This document shows, piece by piece, positions 12,732 to 24,725 of a stretch of DNA of 64,000 nucleotides. The first letter of the stretch is position 1. Every line of letters starts with the position of its first letter. The position numbers were made by a program, and so were the translations under genes. The notes under the pieces are model-generated. The model was not told where the DNA came from. It saw only the letters and a list, made by a program, of their open reading frames with translations, and ran no database searches. This DNA comes from Vicugna vicugna (lineage: Eukaryota): positions 1,047,879 to 1,111,878 of the forward strand of contig MU057801.1 in NCBI GenBank assembly GCA_013265495.1. The letters are read 5' to 3'.

Positions 12732-12877
12732 CCCCTGGAGGTTTACGCCCCGCCCACTTACCCGCCCAGCCCCGCCCCCTGCGCGGCGTCTGGCGCGCGT
12801 CTACCCGCGGTGCATGGTGGGGCGGTCGCCTGGACTGCGCGGGCCCTGCTGCCCTGAGGAGCTGGCGTCTCGGCAGG

Positions 12878-12966
12878 ATGCGTCGGGCCTCCTCGCCGTC
12901 TGCGCCCCAGGCGAGCCCAGACTACTACGAGAGGCTGGGCCGCCTCCAGCAAGGGCTGCGGGACAG
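12878..12966 (+). CDS. KIZ: KIZ coding exon 1 (MRRASSPSAPQASPDYYERLGRLQQGLRD/S)
   Basis: Peptide matches the recalled kizuna N-terminus (SPDYYERLGQLQHGLRDSEKKR). ATG at 12878 inside the CpG island; donor AG|gtacgg; 89 nt. Confidence 0.95.
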
Positions 12967-15769
12967 GTACGGCCTCCCCGGGGCGGGGCGGGGCGGGGGG
13001 TCGGCCGGCCCGGGGCTCCGCCGCCCTGCCCCGCCCGCGGGTCCCGGCGAGGCCTGGAGCGCTTAGTTGACCAGAGACGCCCCCTCACGGGAGGGCTCGT
13101 GCGGGGGTAGCGGCCGCGTCGCCGGGTTTGCCCCGGAGCGAGAGTGGGAGTTCTCCTGCCTGTCACTCTCAGGCAGGCCCCGCTACACGCCCCGCCCGGG
13201 CCTCCTCAGGTTGTCATCTCGCCCTGACGGCCGCACCGCCTCGGCGGTGACAGGGCCGGGAGCGCGGCGGGAGAGTGAGTGTGTGTCTGTGTGTGAGACC
13301 CACGCCCTGTTGACATGCAGGAGACCTTGGGGGCCAGATCTGCCGCGAAGGGGGGAAATTTCCAGAGAGAGAAGTTCAGCCGTCGGGGGTTCGTGATACC
13401 TTGATTAAGACATGAGCGATAAGAACCACTGAAGAGAGAAGATTATAAAACAACTTACTATAAATAACTACATAAAAGATAAGTTGTTGGAACTAATATT
13501 TAGCTGCTAAATTAATTGGAGTTGGAAATCTCATTAGTTGACAAGAAAGGAAATAGGTTTTTGGATCTCTTGATAAACAAAACGTTTAATGAGTTAAAAG
13601 CTGCAGAATCATTTTAGTGAAGAGGAGAGCTGTGTGTGACAATTCTAAAATGACAGTAATTACACGTAAGGTAAAGGCAGAAATAAGTGGCTTTGAAAAG
13701 TAATTGTATTCGTCCTGTGCTAGATTTAATTCTTGTCGAATGTTTATAGAGCATCCATCACAGGCCTTCTAAATTACCCTCACATATTTTTATCAATGAA
13801 CCCTTTTCTGCGTCCTGTTTTCTTCCTGACATGTGGCTGCTCACTCACCCATTCACCTCACCTGCAGCTTTGAAGAAATCACTTCCTGCAGGGCCTTTCC
13901 TGCGCCAAGTACCCATCAACCATTTCCTAACTTTTGTGCCCTCCCTTTACAGCCCTTCTGGATAATGGCTTAAGTGACATGCTCCCTGGGTAGACTGAGA
14001 ATTCCAGGAGGACAGGGACCACATGTAGCTGGATCTTTAGCTCCTCTTAGAGAACCTGAAGTTGGGGAGGGGCTTGATAAATGATGAATGAATGGAAGAA
14101 ATGAAGAAATCCCCAAGTCAACCAGCTGGTGTCCCAGAGTTGTGAATGTCTTGTGTAAAGCCGAGTAGCCGCGGATTGCCACTAAATAATGACCATTTTC
14201 CAGTCAACGCAGAAAAGAGGCAGTGTGATATTTCAGAGGTGTTATTAAGTGTTTGCACATACCTGATAATTAAGAGACAAGATGCCGCTCGGTTCATCAG
14301 TATACCCTTAAAGTGCTCTGATTCTGTTCCGGTCAAAGAGTAGCTTAGTTACCTCAGGCCTTTGGTTATTTGTAGCTCTTAACCCAAGTTCTAATTTTCC
14401 ACTGTTACTGGTTCAAATGGCATCTTTTAAAAACTAAGTTAATTTCAGTTATCATTTTTGCTTCCTGTGCTGGAAACGATTGGCTGTTTATAGTCCTTAT
14501 GGTATAATGACTGTGATGATTATTACTCACTTTATGTTTATAACACTTAATGCTTTAACTATTAAGCAAGGTGAGGCTGTTGAAATTATAGAAGGAATTT
14601 GAGTCAAATTTTATAGCCTATTCATGGTTCTGCATTTAGAGGTTTGTTTTATTTTTAAGGCAGTACAGATCTGTTACTTTGTGTATTCATTTTTCATTTT
14701 AAAAGTCGGTAGTTTACTCTAAGGCCTAGTTAGTAAATGCAGAGGCAAATAACTGGATTCAGAGGAAATGGCAGGAGAAGTATGGAAATCTACAATCTAG
14801 GCCAGGAGCGGCTGTGTGACCATGGGCAGGTCTTTCAGCTTCTCTGACCTGGTTCTTCACCAGAAATGAGGGGCGTTGAGTAATATATAAAGTAAAGCCT
14901 CAGATTTTTTTTTTTCTCTAGTCGAGCAATGAGCTGTGAAGTAAAAAAGTTGAAAATGGTGAGCAATGTCTATCATCTGTGTCCTATTTGAGTGTTTGGA
15001 TATATCTTTTTGTTTGTTTGTGTTAACCAATTCCAGTGACCATAAGGACTGCGGTTCCTAAAACTCTCCAGTCATTTTAAAGGCTGCAACCCTGGGTGGT
15101 CACAGCTCCTTGACAGTCTGGACACACCCGGGTAGTGGGAGATAAAAACAACTTGCCCTGTCTTAGTCCTCTTAGAGGTGGGTCATTGCAGTGTTACCTG
15201 AGACAAAAACAGAATAACAAGTGGCTTGAAAGGAGAAAATTAAGCCCTGTGGCTGCTCTTTACAGACCACCCAGCTGTGTAAAACTTTGCAAGGTCCAGG
15301 TCAGGGCTAGAGGTGACTGAAACCAGGGCCTACAGGTACAGGTGCCAGGGCTGGGTGTTTAAAGATTCTGAAATAGAGATTTAAGATGTAGGAATTGCCA
15401 GCTGATCCTCCCAGTAAGCCTTTCTCTGGCCTTTTATTGGGGTAAATATCTTGTTTTGTCTTGATTTTAGAGTGGATATGAGAGTCCGCATTGGGACACT
15501 GCGGTGTGGATATGGTTGGAAGGTGACCTGTGAGAGTTCATGAGATTGGCATCCTTTTGCCTGGAGTCAGAAGGCCATGATGATGTGTTTGTGATTTTTC
15601 AGTGTTTGAAGTGTCATAGTAGAGAAGTATGACCAGCAGATGCCTGTATGTACTCAAGGTAGAGCAGGAACAAAGAAGTTTTATGTTTATTATTGAGAAG
15701 AACTGCTGCTTGGGAGGTTACAGATTCCCGTAAAAACTGGTCCTTTTTCACTAGAGGTCAAAGGTGATT

Positions 15770-16115
15770 TTTAAAATTACTTTAAAATAAGTTCAAGCTT
15801 GCAACAGAGAAGTTGCAAGTATTGAACAAAGACCTCTGATATTCCCCTCACCCAATTCCTCAACTCTTAACATTTTGTTACATCTTCTTTTTCCCTTTCA
15901 GTCTATCTGCCTGTCTATAAAAGCACTCGACTTTCCTGAACCATCTGAGAACTTCAGATACGATGCCCCGTCACTCCCAGAAACTCCAGTGTGTATTTCC
16001 AAAAAAATGAGGGTACTGCCTTACATGAGCACCATTTAACCGTTCTAGTCAGGAAACTAACATTGGTATCCCAACCCACAGACCCCCAGTCAGATTTCAC
16101 CAACTGTCCATGTCA
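15770..16115 (-). mobile_element. Old L1 (L1MC/ME-type) 3' fragment
   Basis: cagagaagttgcaag..cccctcacccaattcc..ttaacattttg; cagatttcaccaactgtc. Confidence 0.6.
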
Positions 16116-16509
16116 CCTCCCAGGGGCTCTTTTGGAGACTGGGATGGCTTCCTGTTCAGCATTTTTGCTCCCTAGCCCTTGGCTTCTGCTGCTGCCACCT
16201 CCTCTGCTGCCCAGTTCCCCCGCTTCTTGCCCAGGTTTGGTGTGCAGGTGTGCAGGTAAGCTCTGTCCTCCAGCTTACTACCAGTGCTCACCTGGACATC
16301 ACAGGCTAAATGCCCCAAATTTGAAGTAATGGTGTTAGGGGCCCTGGTCTCTGCTAACCATGAGCAAGGCCAGGTCTGCTTTTCAGAGGCCTCTTCCTAA
16401 CACAGCACGTGCCCTGCCCAGGTCTGTCTGGTTGGAGCAGAGCCAGCCAGCAGTCTTCAGCCTGGGATGGATTTATGGAGGCTTTGTGTCTAGACCTGGT
16501 GGTACCCCA

Positions 16510-16705
16510 TCGCTTTCAGAGATGTCTGGCCATATTGTATTTTGCATATTTATCTTGTTTATTGTCTCTTCTTCCCTCTAGAATGTCACTGCCGGAGGGT
16601 GCGGGCCTTGGTTAGCTTGTTCACCATGTCAGTCAGTCTCCAGGCCTCGAACAGGGCCTAGATCTTTGTGGCCCTCAAGACATGATACTTGCTGAATGAA
16701 TCAAC
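16510..16705 (+). mobile_element. L2 3' end
   Basis: ttgtttattgtct..ccctctagaatgt...ttgctgaatgaat terminus. Confidence 0.65.
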
Positions 16706-16966
16706 CTGCTTCCCAGCCTTTTATACATTTCCCCGTTTCTTTGAGAATCCTGTTCCTTTTGCTGCATATTGGTATCCTTTTCGCTTTTTAGACTTCCCTA
16801 GTGTTTTTGCATCTTGAGTTTCAAACACAGCTGGCATTTTCTGCTTCTTAGACCAGGGAAACTTTCTCACAAAGGTGTGATTTCAAAGGAGATCATGTTC
16901 TAAATCTGACTGCCTGTTACTGATCAGTATGATTAATTCATAAAATATTTTCTTTGTGTATTATAG

Positions 16967-17029
16967 TGAAAAGAAGAGACTGGACCTGGAAAGGAAACTC
17001 TATGAATATAATCAATCTGACATATGCAG
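16967..17029 (+). CDS. KIZ: KIZ exon 2 (SEKKRLDLERKLYEYNQSDIC/R)
   Basis: ttatag| acceptor, |gtaaga donor, 63 nt, in frame with exon 1; matches kizuna EKKRLDLEKKLYEYNQSD. Confidence 0.95.
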
Positions 17030-17544
17030 GTAAGATATGACAGCAGAAAGTTTTAAAACCAATTTGCATATATTAATTAAAATTTAACTCTGATGTATGT
17101 TATAAATAACATAGTTGTAGTACTGTTACCATTCTCTTATTTCTAATGTGTAACTGTTTCAGGTAAACACTGCAACTTAATGTAATCAGCATCAAAAGTA
17201 AGAATCAATTTGATTAAAGTATAAGGTAAAAATGATTGTATTTTCATTATTTGGTATTTGCATTATTATTTCAGGAGTCTGTTTTGCTTAGCTATCTTAA
17301 GAATGAGATGCACTGTAGTCTTACTTACCTTTTTGGTCACAATTTAAACACACTGGATCTGTGTGATAATTAAGGTGTAATTACTGTAGGTGACCTTCCA
17401 ACAAACTGTTATAGACAGGGCTGCATGGGTGTCTCATTTGTGGGTGTATGACAATGACTGTTAAAACTGTTCTGAGCCGTGGATAGTATACGTGTTATCC
17501 TTTTAGGTTATTTACTCTAACATTGAGATCAAACGTAAAAAAAA

Positions 17545-17661
17545 TTTTTTTTATTGAAGTATAGTTGATTTGCAATGTTAATTTCGAGTGTACAGCAAAG
17601 TGATCCAGTTATACATGTACATACATACGTATTTTCTTTTCAGATTCTTTTCAATTATAAG
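17545..17661 (-). mobile_element. Short L1 3' end
   Basis: ttttattgaagtatagttgatttgcaatgtt..gtgtacagcaaagtgat.cagttatacat. Confidence 0.8.
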
Positions 17662-19388
17662 AGCAAACTTTTAATTTTTTTTGTGTGTTTTATGGAAACT
17701 GAACTTTATCCATAAGCCAAAAGTTACCACCTTTATTATTCACATGAAGGTTTTCTGGCTATGATAGAGTTAAGTTTGTGACTTAGCCATAGCGTAATAT
17801 GAGTGCAAAATGAAAACCTGTCATCCAGAAGAGAGAGAAACCAAGAATACTGTAAGAGCAAATCACCCATCAGGCCCCTCTGTTTTCTCATCTTCAAAGT
17901 GATCCTTCGGTTGTAAGTTTGTGTCCATACTTCATGGTAGGCAGCTGTGTGTTCTGGTGGCTCTGGAAGAGACAGGAGGAGACAGCAGTGCTGGAGATGC
18001 TGTGGCCTCACAGGTGGGCCCAGAGCTGGAGGGTCCGTGGCAGTTGCCACCTTTCAAGCTCCCGACTGAAGGGATGGAAGGCGGAGTGCGGGCTTCTCCC
18101 GCAGCCTGCTCCTGGGGGGCTTCCTGGCGTGGTGGTGATGGTGGTGGGCCAGGTGACGTGAGAGAGGACGAGGACCTTCACCAGGCTGCCATTCGCTGAG
18201 TTCATCCTCTCTCAGCCTCTTGTTTCCTGGGAGACAGGGGTGTTTTTTTGCTAAAAGTAGGCTTCCTTTGACTGCCCACAGGAGAAAACCCAGACTGTCT
18301 GACAGGGCTGCCTCGGCCTGCTTCCCCCAGCAGGCAGCGCCTGAGACTGGATCTGGGCAGGTGGTAGCTTATTGTAGGAAGTGGTCACATAAGCCTGGAG
18401 ACGGGGCTGGTCCCCACTGTGGGCCCCGGGGCTCCATCCGTCCGGACCTTCAGATGAGCCATGGAGACGCCGCCCTGCCCCTCATTAGTGTCCATTCTGG
18501 GGCAGCAGGAGGGGGCTCCCTACCTGTTGGTTCCCGCCCCCCCGCCCCTGTGGTCAGGGCCACCTCAGGAGCTGATAACCCCTCTTCACATCCAGGCTTT
18601 CCCTGCTGCAGGCTCAGGAGAGCAGCCCCAGACAGGCTGGACAGCAGGTGCAGCCCATGCTTGTGCTGCTGGGAAGACAGGCTGAGCCGGGGGAATGCGG
18701 GGAGCGCAGGAGAAGCCTGGCACCGTGGCTTTCCAGAGCCTCTGTTATCCGCCCCGGTTTAGTTTTCATCACTCCCATGTGAAAGACAGTACACTGGGTT
18801 CCACCTCCATCACTGCCACTTGTGTCAGAAACGGCAGACGTGAGCTGCAGTAAACCCAGCCTTAAGGTTTTTGTTCAGGAGGAAAAATGGGGACAACTAA
18901 CCAAGATCAGAATTATTAGCACAATAAAAAATTTCTTGACAATTACTGGCTTAGGGGTGGGAGTTGAAGGTATGTTGATTCATTTTTAACATTTCCAGCA
19001 TCTTTGCAGATCTGTTTTTGAGGGTGAACATTTTGCAGTTTTCAACTTATTTTTGCTTGAAAAGAGAATGGTGAATAATTATTGAGTCAACAGTAGAAAT
19101 GCTGCGTACCAGGCTCTTTTATGACTTAAATACTCGTGAAGGAGGAGGCGGCGGAGGAGCAGTGTTGGTTCTGCGGGGGGAGTGGACGGCACTGCTCAGC
19201 TGTCCGCTTGCTGGCTTTGACCCTGGGTTTGGATGAGAGTCTCCAAAGGTTTTCTCACAATTTGAGTAGAGTTACAGTCCATATATCGTAAAATATTTTA
19301 ACACTTAGTATGTCATTGCAATTTCTAACAAAACTTTAAAATATCTAAGTGAGAGCTTTTAGGGCATTTTAAATTTCAAAATTTCTTG

Positions 19389-19522
19389 GCTTATTTTTTT
19401 TATTTTTGAGGGGGGAGGTAATTAGGTTTATTTATTTATTTTAATGGAGGTTCTGGGGATTGAACCCAGGACCTCGTGCATGCTAAGCACTGCACTCTCC
19501 CATCGAACTATACCCTCCCCCC
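19389..19522 (-). mobile_element. Vic-1-like SINE with 13-bp TSD
   Basis: tRNA-like head plus aaacctaattacctcccc tail; TCAAAATTTCTTG at 19376-19388 and 19523-19535. Confidence 0.9.
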
Positions 19523-19957
19523 TCAAAATTTCTTGATGTTTAGAGACTGTGGTTTATTGTTGAATTCTGTTTCTGTATGAGCAGGTGGTTTTGAAATTGT
19601 CTGTCACGTAAAAGAATGTTAACAAGCTGTCCATCTGAACATGGCCACATAGTCACTGCTCTTGAAGTCACATTTAATTTTGAGAAAGAAATCCGTATAA
19701 ATCTTTATGTGTGAATGGTATAATGTGGTTTTGTATCCGTTTCTCAGGAGAGTTATGCCTAGATGTGATACCTCAGTGATGCTGCATTAATTTCCTCTCT
19801 AAAAATGCACATGTACCCTTGTCCTTTAGGCTTCAGCATTTGGGTAAAATACCTTAGAATACCCTGTGTCATTAACAGTTTTGTTAAAGAAAATTCTCCT
19901 CTTTAGACTTCTTCAATTCTAACTCCATTGTGTAAAAATCTGCTTTTATTTTTCCAG

Positions 19958-20120
19958 AGTTAAGCTGAAGTATGTAAAACTAAAGAAATACCTGAAGGAA
20001 ATATGTGAGTCAGAAAAGAGGGCGCGTACTCGGAACCAAGAATATTTAAAGCGGTTTGAGCAGGTCCAAGCTCATGCTGGGCACTTTGCCACAAATGCAG
20101 AGAAGCTTCAAGAACTGAAG
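19958..20120 (+). CDS. KIZ: KIZ exon 3 (RVKLKYVKLKKYLKEICESEKRARTRNQEYLKRFEQVQAHAGHFATNAEKLQELK), coiled-coil-like
   Basis: tttccag| acceptor, |gtgacg donor, 163 nt, frame continuous with exon 2. Confidence 0.95.
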
Positions 20121-20307
20121 GTGACGTCTTGCTTTCGTACTATGGGGGTGGGTTTTGTGTTTTTTTGTTTTTGGTTTTTTTTTTTTTTTTGCTAAAATTG
20201 GAAATTTAGCTGTAAGTTTCAGGTCCATGGCAGGCGTTAATATTCAGTTGTTCATCCTTAAGATTAGCTGTCAGCTTTCTCTGGGAATTCATTACCATGT
20301 GGCCGAC

Positions 20308-20610
20308 TTTTTTTTTTAATTGAAATTTTTATTGCAATAATTGTTAAGTCATACAAAGTTGTAGGAAATAGTACTGAGAGATCCCTTGTATACCTTTGCC
20401 CAGTTTCCCCCAAAGGTAACAGTTTGCAGGCTGTAGCATAATGTCACAGCCAGGATGTTGGCGTTGATACAATCCAGGAGTCTGACTCGGAGTGCCCCAG
20501 TTTCATCTATGTGTGTTTATGTTAGGTAGTATGCAGTTTTAGCAGCTGCAGGTTTGTGTATCTACCATCACAGTCAAGATACTGAACAGTTCTGAGACCA
20601 GAAGGGGCTC
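20308..20610 (-). mobile_element. Old L1 (L1MC/MD-type) 3' end
   Basis: gttgtaggaaatagtac.gagagatccc.tgtatacctttgcccagtttccccc. Confidence 0.7.
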
Positions 20611-20941
20611 TTACATGATGAGGTTTTAGCTGATATGAATGCTGACACCACAATACCCACTGACATGATATGGAAACATCACTGAATGAAGCTGTCAGAT
20701 ATTAGTATTTTAGTTGTTAAGGGGTTAGATAAAATAGCTTTCAGGGTTTTTTGTTTAAAATTTTTTATATATTCTTTTTTCACTTTTCTGCCTGAATCCA
20801 CTGTTTATTCATTCAGTATCTAAATACGTATTTAGTGACTGTTGCGTGCTATGCACTGTAAGTACAAGGATTAAATAGATGTAGAACTCAAGGAGCTTGT
20901 ACTCCCAATATGAAAGAAGCGTAGGGTGTTTAAGAAGAGTA

Positions 20942-21056
20942 GGGGAGGGTATAGCTCAAGTGGTAGATCACATGCTTAGCATGCACGAGGTCCTGGGTTC
21001 AATCCTCGTAACTCCTCCAAAAAATAAATCAGTAAACCTAATTACCCCCCCAAAAA
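20942..21056 (+). mobile_element. Vic-1-like SINE
   Basis: ggggagggtatagctcaagtggtaga..catgcttagcatgcacgaggtcctgggttcaatcc...aaacctaattacccccccaaaa; short flanking repeat AAGAGT. Confidence 0.9.
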
Positions 21057-21986
21057 AAGAGTCAGAAAAATGAGACTAACCATGAAAGAACTTGAGGACA
21101 ACACTAGGAAGAAGGATTTTTATCTTGCAAAATTGGGGGAGTTACTGAAACACAGCAGGTGTAACTGTCATGATAGCATTTGTATTTAGAGATATAGTTA
21201 GTAGCAACATGGAAGACAAATTGAAGGAAGGTAAGCTTTAGGGCGGAAGGATCAACCAAAGAGCTTTGTAAACTGTGTATCAGAAAGAAATGGAAAAAAC
21301 ATGAAAATCCAGGTTCAGGCAGGAGCTGTAGGGTGGCAGCGGGTGGCAGACAGACCACGTGGCCAGCTTCTGCTCAGAGAACTTGAAAGTGCATTTTCTC
21401 AGACTTCTGCTTTAGTTGAGGAATTGCTGGAACACCTCTTCTTTGTTATATGACACAGGTAGTTAACTTAAACCGGCCTGGCCACTACGGCCCAGCGCCT
21501 GGCATGTGGTCTCTCTGGGCCTCGCGGCTGAATTTAAGCAGCATGAGGGTTCCCTCTAGGACCGCCTCCTTCCTTAGAGGGCTTTGCTTCTGTGGCCTGG
21601 GCGCCTCTGGCCTCTGTTCCCGGAGGCCGGGTTGGGCAGGAGGTGGGAGGCCAAGGGGGAGAACAGGGAGGGGAACCTGGGGGCTCTGCGATCCAGAACC
21701 ACCACCGCCATCCCTGCCCTCTGTGCCCGGGCTCCCCGTTGCCTTAGGCTGTGGGTCACCTCCTGCTACACAAGTTGTGCCGAGCGTGAAGGGCTGGGCT
21801 TGGTTGTCACCACTTGTGCTGTTCGGGGCTTGTGGCCCAAGTTAACCCCCCTGCGTCTGGTTACAGGACATGTTGGCTTCAGCACTTCCCTTACTTTTTT
21901 TCCTCTGTCAAAGTCTTCCCCAGCTTTTTATTATAAAATGTTAAAGTACACAGAAAAATTAAAAGAATTACTATAATGAACATTCA

Positions 21987-22330
21987 TGCTACAGTCTGAA
22001 TGCTTGTGTCCCCCTGCCTAAATTCAGATGTTGAAATCCTAACCTCCAAAAGTTTTGTTATTAGCAGGTGGGGCCTTTGAGAGGTGCGCACGCTGTGAGG
22101 GTGGGGCTCTGGTGAGTGGGGTTAGTACCACATAATGGAGGCTGCAGAGAGCTCCTGGCCCCTTCCCCCATGAGAGCAGAGGGGGCAGTGGCTCATGACG
22201 TGGGTGGGGGCTCTCACCGGGAGGTAAGTGCCGGCACCTAGGTCTCGGACTTGCAGCCTCCAGAGCTGGGAGCGGCCCGTCTCAGCTGTGTGTGAGCCCT
22301 CCTGTCGGTGGGGGTTTGTAACAGCTGTAA
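21987..22330 (+). mobile_element. MLT1A-like MaLR LTR
   Basis: tgctacagtctgaatgcttgtgtcccc..aaattca.atgttgaaatcctaacc...ggtggggcctttg.gaggtg. Confidence 0.75.
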
Positions 22331-22799
22331 ATACTTTGCTGTATTTGCTTTGCCTGCGTGTATGTATTTTTTCTTGACCCATTGAAAGTATGCTGCAGAA
22401 ACCATGACATTTCCTCCCTAAAACCTTGAGTGTGGATCCCCTCAGAACAAGGGCGGTCTCCTCCATTGTCATAATACTATTGTCACACCTAAGAAAATGA
22501 GTAGTGATTTCATAATATTCTTTAATGTTGAGGCAATATTGCAGTTTCTCCAGTTCCCCCCAAAAGTCTCTATTTTTCCAGACCCAGAGCCAATGGGGGT
22601 TCACACATTACATTTGGTTATTTTTTTAAGTCTCTTAATCTAATTCAGTCTCTTGCCGCTTTTCTTTTTTTTTTTTTTAATGACACTGGCTTTTGAAGAA
22701 GGCAGGCCAGTTGCCTGTAGAATGCTCATGTTATTTCTTTGAGACGTCATTAAACTTGTGTAGTGTCCCCCATATTTCCCGTAAACTGGGCATTCTGTC

Positions 22800-22980
22800 T
22801 AGACCAGCTCTGCCCAGTTGAGCTTTCTGTAGTGATGGAAATGTGCTGTCTGGACTGATGCTGTTAATACGGCAGCCACCAGCCGTGCGCGGCTGTTAAG
22901 CACTTAAATGTGGCTTGCGACCCTGAGGACTGAAGTTTTGATTTTGTGAGTGTTAATTAAAGCTAAATAACCACAACTGG
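22800..22980. mobile_element. MER3-like MITE
   Basis: ctttctgtagtgatggaaatgt...gcagccaccagcc...agcacttaaatgtggct; alignable by eye to the reverse complement of 7140-7312. Confidence 0.7.
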
Positions 22981-24642
22981 GTCTACACGTGTCCTGCTGC
23001 ACCTGTCAGGAGCGTTACGTCAGGCGGTCCTAAAGCGAGGCTGAGTTTGGTGCCGTGGTTAACATGGTGATCTCCAGTCTCTCTGTCATAAGGCACCTTG
23101 TTTCCCTCTGTAAAGCAGTAAATTATCTGTAGCGTGGTGGTTTGATATCCTGGGAATACCTGTTCCTCAGCAGCCTTTTCCCTAGTGGTTTCAGGACCCT
23201 TAATGATGCCTGCGCCAGTTATAGTGGAGGTTGTGAAGCGCTGTTTGTTAATTCCATCTTCTGCATCTATTAGCTGGCGTTCTTCTGTAAAAAAGAGCTT
23301 TCTTTCCTTCTGTCATCTCTCTCTCTCTAATCACCATGGACTTGTGAATTTGTATTTAGTCAGTATATTGTAAATTACTGTAATTATTCTTTTGTTGTTT
23401 ATATTTTCCCAAATTTTGCTAGTGAGAATCTCTTCAAATTAGCCCCTTTATCCTTTTGACATGACCCCATTAATTCTGAGCCTTCTTTGTTCTTGGGCAC
23501 AATGTGTTCCAGGTTTACCTTATACTTCCGTGCCTCAGACGTGAAAGTGGCCTCTTACCCAAGGAGCTGCAGTCCCTTTGAGTGGGTGAAGGTATTTAGA
23601 AACCAAGATCTGGAGGCTAGATGTGCCCAAGGGGTAGTGAGTCTTGGTGACAGCACTCCACATTGCTTCTCTCAGTACTCAAGCAGAATGCTTAGCTCAA
23701 AAGCAGTTATTATCAATATTGTAAACCTCTTTTCTTTTCAGAGGTTGCGCAGGGAAAATTAAAGTGGTGGACACAGCAGGGAATTTCTTCTTCCCAGTAA
23801 ATAAAGGAAATAATAGAAGTTTTCCTCTTATTTTTCTTATTTTCTTATTGATGCTGTACTTAATTGTTTGTCGCATTATAACCAAATGTGAGAGGGAGCA
23901 ATTTGAAAGGAAGCGTCATCCTTCGTAAATATTTGTATACTGAGAGCGCTTGTTGCATATGATAGGATGTGTTTAAAAACCTTATCATGAGCTGCTAAAT
24001 AATGTCAGGGTGGGGAACCATTTTAAGGAAGAGAATGATAAACTAAATTTGTAGGACTATGTAAAGCTCTATTCATAAATATCATTCAAAAATTACATAG
24101 GTGTTTCTCTTTGAATTTTGGACAAGAAATGCCTTTAGAAAGAAATCTGCCGATGGCATAAAAGGGCAGATCATGTAGCAGCAGTCGGGAGGGATGTGTG
24201 TTCCGTGGAGAACTGTACTTTGGCTGTGACCCTGAGTCCAAGGCTGGATGCCTTACGTTCCCAAGAAACCAGACACTGATGCCCGTGACACCACTGACTC
24301 AGCAAGCCGTGGGTGAGCTGAGCATCCGAGCAGGCTTTGTCTCTGGTGTCTTCCTGCCTCTCCCTTTGTGCCAGCGTCCAGGCGTAGCCTTAGGGGTGCG
24401 GAGCCACCTGTCTCCCTCAATCCCACCCCACTTGGCTCTCAGGTCTTCATCTCTTTGCTGACTGACCTCAAGGAAGTCTTTAGGTGCCAGGTGTTCTGAA
24501 CATACACTCCAAAATACCAGGGTATTTTCCCTTGAATAGAGTCCAGTGACTGCAGATGGACCTCTAACTGGTGAAATTCCAGAAAGTGAAGCCAAGTGAA
24601 GCAGTGCGAGAGAAGTGGGGGTTTTGCCCAAATTGTATGAAC

Positions 24643-24725
24643 GTTCCTCCAGGAGCATTTGTGTTCAATAGCAGAGGCGTTCTGAAGATACAATGTCATT
24701 ATTTAAAGATGTGGTTCTTACTGAA
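24643..24725 (+). repeat. 83-bp direct repeat, copy 1
   Basis: 79/83 identical to 26226-26308, ungapped. Confidence 0.95.

Larger units (their letters stand above)
12430..13400. promoter_or_regulatory. CpG island / TATA-less KIZ promoter with multiple GC boxes
   Basis: Very high GC and CpG density around exon 1; repeated CCGCCC/GGGCGG at ~12745-12780 and 12980-13040. Confidence 0.9.
21925..23640 (-). mobile_element. Old L1 (L1MC4/5-like) host with nested MLT1A and MER3
   Basis: aaatgttaaagtacacagaaaaattaaaagaatt; cagtttctccagtt.cccc; tgttccaggtttacctt.tacttcc...tttagaaaccaagatctgg. Confidence 0.6.

Noticed and set aside
12543..13396. Long ORFs across the CpG island (104-184 aa, both strands)
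   Set aside because: Stop-poor GC-rich DNA, some spanning the N gap; only 12878-12966 matches KIZ.
18220..18762. 180-aa ORF in intron 2
   Set aside because: Non-ATG start, low-information G/P/A/R/S composition, no homology recognised.
20942..21015. tRNA gene
   Set aside because: A/B boxes are present, but it has a SINE tail, flanking repeats and diverged sister copies at 4205, 19389 and 57068, so it is a tRNA-derived SINE.
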